Source: a virus
Taxonomy: Duplodnaviria > Caudoviricetes
DNA length: 30,429 bases
Direction: 5' to 3' (one strand)
IMG/VR virus record: IMGVR_UViG_3300042329_000043
Location: 1 to 30,429 of that record
This document shows positions 25,689-30,429 of the stretch, piece by piece (position 1 is the first letter of the stretch; every line of letters begins with the position of its first letter). The notes under the pieces are model-generated. The model was not told the origin of the DNA. It made no database searches and worked only from the letters and a program-made list of their open reading frames with translations. A program made the position numbers and the translations under genes.

Positions 25689-27802
25689 TGAAAAGGGAAG
25701 TAAGGGTATTTATTGAAGGGCAACAAATAGATTTATTCAACGACGAAACAATTGAAGTAAATTCAAGCGTTCAAAACATTGCGGATATTTCTAAAACAAG
25801 TACGGACTTTTCCCAAGCGTTTACAATTCCCGCAACAACACGAAACAACGCAATATTCCAACACTTTTATCAATCGGACGTTGACGGCACTTATAATTTT
25901 CAAGAACGAAAAGACGGATATATTGAAATAGATATGACAACGTTTAGACGTGGACGGATTCAGTTAGAAAAGTCAAACGTAAAGAACGGGCAAGTTGAGA
26001 ATTACACGATTGCTTTTTACGGCGAATTAACGAGCTTAAAAGATTTATTTGGCGAAGACAAACTAAGCGATATAGATTACCCCGGCTATGAACAATCAGT
26101 TGACTTAGCACAAATTAAAGCGGTAATTGAAGGTCTTGTTTCTTTTGGGGACATAGCTTACCCGTTAATAAGTTCCGCAGAATTTTGGCAATACAATACA
26201 CAAGGCGCAAACGGAACAACTCCGTCTTGGTTTGTCCCAACTCCCGCAAGTCAAATAGACACACCAGCGGGAGCAATTGACACAAGCGAATTATTTCCCG
26301 CATTAAGATTAAGCGCAATTATTTCATTAATAGAATTGCATTATGGAATAACTTTTAATAGTAATTTCTTTTCTACGGACAATTTTAGGAGGGCTTATTT
26401 GTGGTATAAAAACAGAAATGTATTTGTTACGATGTCAACACCGCAAACCTTAGACATTACGGGTTTTTTAGGGCAAACGGGAACTTTTCCAAATGCAGTT
26501 CCTATGCAAAATTTTGTTGATTTAGGAAACAATACTATTTTAATTCAAGCAACCTCAAACGCTGGAAATGGAGGGGGACTTACGGTAAAATTAGCGCTAA
26601 CGTCTCCGCCAACTTTAATTGATTATTTTGTTGACGTTTATTGTAATGGTAATTTAATACAATCAATAGAAGGAGACGGGAATGGATTTCAATTTAGTAT
26701 TGTAAATGAACCCGACGTTTTAGGGTTAAACAATACGTATTTTTTCCAAGTTAGAGCTCAAAGCGCAATTATATTAGATTTTGATTTTTATTTTTATTAC
26801 TATTCAACTTTTAATCTTACTATACAATCAACTGCAACTTTTAGCATAGGTACACAAGTTCACACCGCAACAACTAATTTAAAAAGAAACGCTCCCGACT
26901 TAAAAATTTCAGATTTCTTTTCGGGGTTGCTAAAAGAATTTAATTTAACGGTTACTGGTACGGACACACCCAACACTTTTTTAGTTGAGACTTTAAATTA
27001 TTGGTATGCTTCGGGAAATGTTTTTGACATAACAACGTTCACGGATTCAACAAGCATAGATATTGAACGTGTAAAACTTTACAAGAAAATTTCTTTTAGG
27101 TATCAACCGAGCGAAAGCATTACGAATAAATATTATTTACAAACTGGTTTAAAAGAATACGGAAACACGGAGCAATCTTACCCATATGATGGTGGCGAAT
27201 TAAATATTGACGTTCCATTTGAAAACTTAATGTTTAGTAAATACACGGGAACAAATTTACAAGTTGGTTTTGCTATTAATAGCGCTTTAGCTCCGTACAT
27301 ACCAAAACCTTGTATTTTATATTATGGACAAGATGTCGTTGCAACAAATCCAATTTATATAAAAGACTCAACAGGATCACAAATTTGCAACTCTGTTCAA
27401 ATATTCGGACAAGACACAAACGTTGCGGGCGTAGATTACTCATTAAACTTTTCGCCAGAAACATCAACATATTTAGGAATACCGATTCAACAAAGTTTGT
27501 TCGCCACTTATTACTTTGATTATTTAGCGAATTTGTTTAATCCTAAAAACAGATTAACAAACGTTAAAGCTATATTGCCTATTTCAATTTTAACATCGTT
27601 AAAACTAAACGATAGGCTTATCATAAGAGATAAAAGATACATTATAAACGATTTTAAAACAAATCTAACAACAGGCGAAACAACTTTTAATTTATTAAAT
27701 GATTTTATACCAATTCTTCCAGATCAAGAAGAAGGCGGAATAATTACAGAAGACGACATACAAATGCAAACTGAAGATAGTATTAATTTAATTATAGAAT
27801 AA
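25688..27802 (+). CDS. Tail tip / baseplate hub protein
   Basis: 704 aa; IDLF, IADIS...FSQAFTIP, LKLNDRLII pattern; variable-looking beta-rich central domain. Confidence 0.6.
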   Translation: MKREVRVFIEGQQIDLFNDETIEVNSSVQNIADISKTSTDFSQAFTIPATTRNNAIFQHFYQSDVDGTYNFQERKDGYIEIDMTTFRRGRIQLEKSNVKNGQVENYTIAFYGELTSLKDLFGEDKLSDIDYPGYEQSVDLAQIKAVIEGLVSFGDIAYPLISSAEFWQYNTQGANGTTPSWFVPTPASQIDTPAGAIDTSELFPALRLSAIISLIELHYGITFNSNFFSTDNFRRAYLWYKNRNVFVTMSTPQTLDITGFLGQTGTFPNAVPMQNFVDLGNNTILIQATSNAGNGGGLTVKLALTSPPTLIDYFVDVYCNGNLIQSIEGDGNGFQFSIVNEPDVLGLNNTYFFQVRAQSAIILDFDFYFYYYSTFNLTIQSTATFSIGTQVHTATTNLKRNAPDLKISDFFSGLLKEFNLTVTGTDTPNTFLVETLNYWYASGNVFDITTFTDSTSIDIERVKLYKKISFRYQPSESITNKYYLQTGLKEYGNTEQSYPYDGGELNIDVPFENLMFSKYTGTNLQVGFAINSALAPYIPKPCILYYGQDVVATNPIYIKDSTGSQICNSVQIFGQDTNVAGVDYSLNFSPETSTYLGIPIQQSLFATYYFDYLANLFNPKNRLTNVKAILPISILTSLKLNDRLIIRDKRYIINDFKTNLTTGETTFNLLNDFIPILPDQEEGGIITEDDIQMQTEDSINLIIE

Positions 27803-27803
27803 A

Positions 27804-28397
27804 ATGGCAATCAAGTTTAGTGAAATGGAAGATAAAACGACCGCTTTAGATTATGAAGATTTAGCGTGTGTTTCCGAGTTTGACGCAATGCGTGAAATTT
27901 ATACAACAAAGAAAATAAAAGGGTATCTAATAAGAGACGGAGTTTTTAACGGCAATGTTACGGGTTCGTTCTACGATACGCAAACGCAAACGACTTTAGC
28001 GAATACGCCAACGCCTATGCGAATAAGAAATAATGCTTTAGCAAATGATTGTTCAATTGTAGATTTTACCAAAATAACAACTAATCAAACGGGAGTATTT
28101 AACGTTCAGTTTTCCGCTCAACTTTATAGAACTGCGGGAGGAACAAACGCACACGTAGATATTTGGTTTGCTTTGAACGGGGTTAATATAGACAACTCAA
28201 ACACAAAAATAACAATTGCGAATAATTCGCATTATTTAGTGGCTTCGTGGAATTTTGTTTTAGCTATGAGCGAAAACGATTACGTCGAAATTATGTGGAT
28301 GCCGTCCGTTAGTACAATACAATTACAAATGGAAGCGGAACAAGTAGACCATCCAGCAACACCATCAGTAATAGCAACTTTTAATAGAATAGGATAA
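27804..28397 (+). CDS. Receptor-binding/tail fibre-like protein with a C1q/BclA-type jelly-roll domain
   Basis: GVFNVQFSAQL, DIWFALNG, ASWNF, NDYVEIMW. Confidence 0.6.
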   Translation: MAIKFSEMEDKTTALDYEDLACVSEFDAMREIYTTKKIKGYLIRDGVFNGNVTGSFYDTQTQTTLANTPTPMRIRNNALANDCSIVDFTKITTNQTGVFNVQFSAQLYRTAGGTNAHVDIWFALNGVNIDNSNTKITIANNSHYLVASWNFVLAMSENDYVEIMWMPSVSTIQLQMEAEQVDHPATPSVIATFNRIG

Positions 28398-28558
28398 TGA
28401 TACAATTAATAATTCAACTTTTACAGATAAACGAGTTTTATGCTGAAAGCGAAAATATAGAAATAGCAAAAGGAAAATACAATTTAGCCATAACAATAAA
28501 ACAAGGTTGGAAAAAAGCAAAGCGTGAAATAATGCAAAATAAAAAGAAAAATGTCTGA
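28397..28558 (+). CDS. Hypothetical protein (53 aa)
   Basis: MIQLIIQLLQ...ENIEIAKGKY; TAATG overlap upstream, overlaps the tape measure start. Confidence 0.6.
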   Translation: MIQLIIQLLQINEFYAESENIEIAKGKYNLAITIKQGWKKAKREIMQNKKKNV

Positions 28559-30429
28559 AAAAAGAACCATTGAACTTGAGGTTAAAGAACAAGGACTTGA
28601 ACAAGTAACTGAAAAAACAAGAACACTTAAGCAACAACTTAAGGAAATGAAGGAGCAACTTGCGACAATGGACGAGGGTTCTCAAGGTTTTAAGGAGTTA
28701 GTAGCCGAAGCGGGAAAATTACAAGATAAAATTGGCGATTTAAATCAACAAGTTAAGAACTTTTCTTCTGATACTGGAAAAGTAGACGTTGCTTTAGGTG
28801 GTTTAAATGCAGTTTCAAGTGGATTTGATGGAGTTAGCGGAGCAATGCAAATAGCAGGTATTGAAGGAGTAGCGCTTCAAAAAGCTATTACAAAAGTTCA
28901 AGGCGCTATGCAATTAGCAAATGGAGTTCAACAAGTTCAAATTGCGTTACAAAAGGAAAGCGCATTAATGAAAGGAGTTGATGCCGTAAAAACAACGGCA
29001 TTAAGCGTAGCAACGGGAGTATATACCGCGGTTGTTGGAGCTTCAACGGCTGGAATGAAGTTGTTTAGGCTTGCAATGATTGGAACTGGAATAGGCGCTT
29101 TAGTTCTTGGTGTTGGTTTATTAATTGCAAATTTTGAAGCGTTAATGCAACCCTTACAATTTATTATACAAGGGTTAAAAGATTTTGGCGATTTTCTTGG
29201 GGTAACTGATAATAAAGGAGCGGACAACGCGGAAAAAGCAAAAAAACGTTCTGAATCGACTATTAATCAAATTAAAAAAGAAGCAGAAGCAAGAAGTAAA
29301 AACTTTGAAAACAAAAATAGAATTTTTACAAAAGAAGACGATGCAATGGGGCGACAAATTGCCTTAATGAAGTCACAAGGTAAGGATACAACTAACTTAG
29401 AACGGGCAAGAATAAAAGCGTCAATTGCTTATCAAAAAGGACTTGTTAACGAAACTTATGGAATTGAACAACAATTAAAAGCAAAAAATTTATTAATTGT
29501 TGCAGAGCTTCGGGCAAGTGCTGAAAGGACTGGAGATTATGCCGCTTGGAATAAGTTCGAAAAAGAAATGGCGGAACAAAGGTCTGCCAATCTAAAATTA
29601 AATCAAGACGCAGTTAAAGCGTTAAAAGATTCTGAAAATGAATTAGCAATATTTGACCAAGAACAAATAAATAAAAAAAGACAAGCCTCGATTGACGCAC
29701 AAAAAGAAGCCAAAAGTAATTCTGAAAGTCGAAAAAAAGAAGTTGTCGAAGTTATAGATATTAAAAATCAAATTGAAGACGCAAAATTAAAAGCATTATC
29801 GGACGGACAAGAAAAAGAACTTGAATTAATTAGAGTTCAATACGAGCGTAAAAAAATAGATTTAGAAAAGCAAGTTAAAGAAGGCAAGGTAAAAAAGAAA
29901 CAAGCCGACGAATTAATTAAACAAGATGTAATTTTACAAGAACAAGACCAACAAAAAATCCGTGACAAATACACTCAAGAACGAATTAAAAAAGAGGACG
30001 AAGATTGGTTGAAACAACAAGAAATTGATTTAAGTAAACAAGACTATGAAAAATTAGTTTTAATGCAAAAATTTGACGCTGAAAGTTTACTGGCAACGGA
30101 TATTGAAAAACTAACTACGGAACATCAAGAAGCATTAAAAGCAATTGACGCAAAATATGAAGCCGAAGCCGAAGCAATTAAAGAAGCTCAACGACAAAAA
30201 CAACTTGAAGCGATAAAGAATTATAATCTAATTGTTTTAAGCGAAGAAGAATTAGCACGACAAGCGATAGACCAAAAAGCGGTTTTGGATTTAGAAAAAC
30301 TTACAAGCGATTTTGATTTAAAATTATTAACTCAAGAACAATATGAAACGGCTAAAATAGCATTAACCGAAAAAACGAATATAGAAATTGCAAAGTTAGA
30401 CGAAGACGCAAAAAATAAAAAACAAGAAT
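28551..30429 (+). CDS. Tape measure protein (about 790 aa in total, ends at 589 after wrapping)
   Basis: Missing from the ORF track because it has no stop before the window end; MSEKRTIELEV..., TM-like IGTGIGALVLGVG, long K/E/Q coiled coil. Confidence 0.85.
   Translation, partial: MSEKRTIELEVKEQGLEQVTEKTRTLKQQLKEMKEQLATMDEGSQGFKELVAEAGKLQDKIGDLNQQVKNFSSDTGKVDVALGGLNAVSSGFDGVSGAMQIAGIEGVALQKAITKVQGAMQLANGVQQVQIALQKESALMKGVDAVKTTALSVATGVYTAVVGASTAGMKLFRLAMIGTGIGALVLGVGLLIANFEALMQPLQFIIQGLKDFGDFLGVTDNKGADNAEKAKKRSESTINQIKKEAEARSKNFENKNRIFTKEDDAMGRQIALMKSQGKDTTNLERARIKASIAYQKGLVNETYGIEQQLKAKNLLIVAELRASAERTGDYAAWNKFEKEMAEQRSANLKLNQDAVKALKDSENELAIFDQEQINKKRQASIDAQKEAKSNSESRKKEVVEVIDIKNQIEDAKLKALSDGQEKELELIRVQYERKKIDLEKQVKEGKVKKKQADELIKQDVILQEQDQQKIRDKYTQERIKKEDEDWLKQQEIDLSKQDYEKLVLMQKFDAESLLATDIEKLTTEHQEALKAIDAKYEAEAEAIKEAQRQKQLEAIKNYNLIVLSEEELARQAIDQKAVLDLEKLTSDFDLKLLTQEQYETAKIALTEKTNIEIAKLDEDAKNKKQE
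30335..30429. repeat. Terminal overlap, copy 2
   Basis: Identical to 1-95. Confidence 0.97.

Noticed and set aside
27310-27519. Alternate-frame + strand ORF inside the tail tip gene
   Set aside because: TTG start, no slippery site or motif, fully nested
2211-29357. All minus-strand ORFs in the track (e.g. 3373-3717, 12305-12559, 15316-15594, 28365-28685, 28937-29227)
   Set aside because: They are shadows of well-supported + strand genes, with biased Phe/Ser/Leu composition and no motifs
30335-30429. 95-bp terminal repeat as a biological direct terminal repeat
   Set aside because: It falls mid-gene and looks like an assembler overlap of a circular contig; real ends need read-level analysis
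1-30429. Stop-codon reassignment or a temperate lifestyle
   Set aside because: Genes tile densely under the standard code with TAA, TGA and TAG all used as stops; no integrase, partition genes or divergent repressor switch seen

Overview
The window is an apparently complete, circularly assembled, AT-rich tailed phage genome of about 30,334 bp. Bases 1-95 are repeated exactly at 30335-30429, and one ORF (tape measure) reads through the junction. All credible genes are on the + strand. The host is probably Bacteroidota (Flavobacteriia-like), judged from TAnnTTTG promoter boxes, A-rich Shine-Dalgarno-less gene starts and a DUF3127-type SSB. Modules: head (XkdF-like protease, four leader-tagged helical paralogues, scaffold, capsid, major tail protein, portal with C-terminal extension, adaptor); lysis (holin, atypical endolysin, u-spanin-like lipoprotein); early genes; a candidate cytosine-modification cluster (DUF6378, GT-B glycosyltransferase-like protein, thymidylate-synthase-family enzyme with the dCMP-specific Asp, MazG-like pyrophosphatase, PD-(D/E)XK nuclease); replication and recombination (initiator with internal iteron-like repeats, helicase, NinG, ERF, exonuclease, SSB); a phage sigma factor; terminases; and tail genes including a -1 frameshifted chaperone. 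I saw no integrase, clear repressor, DNA polymerase, tRNA or CRISPR array. The most notable observations are the hmC/glycosylation-type module in a small polymerase-less phage, the head-module paralogue array with a shared cleavable-looking leader, and an exactly spaced AACA-N13-TWAATTATA-N5-ATG motif before four virion genes. All family assignments come from motif recognition by eye, not from database searches.
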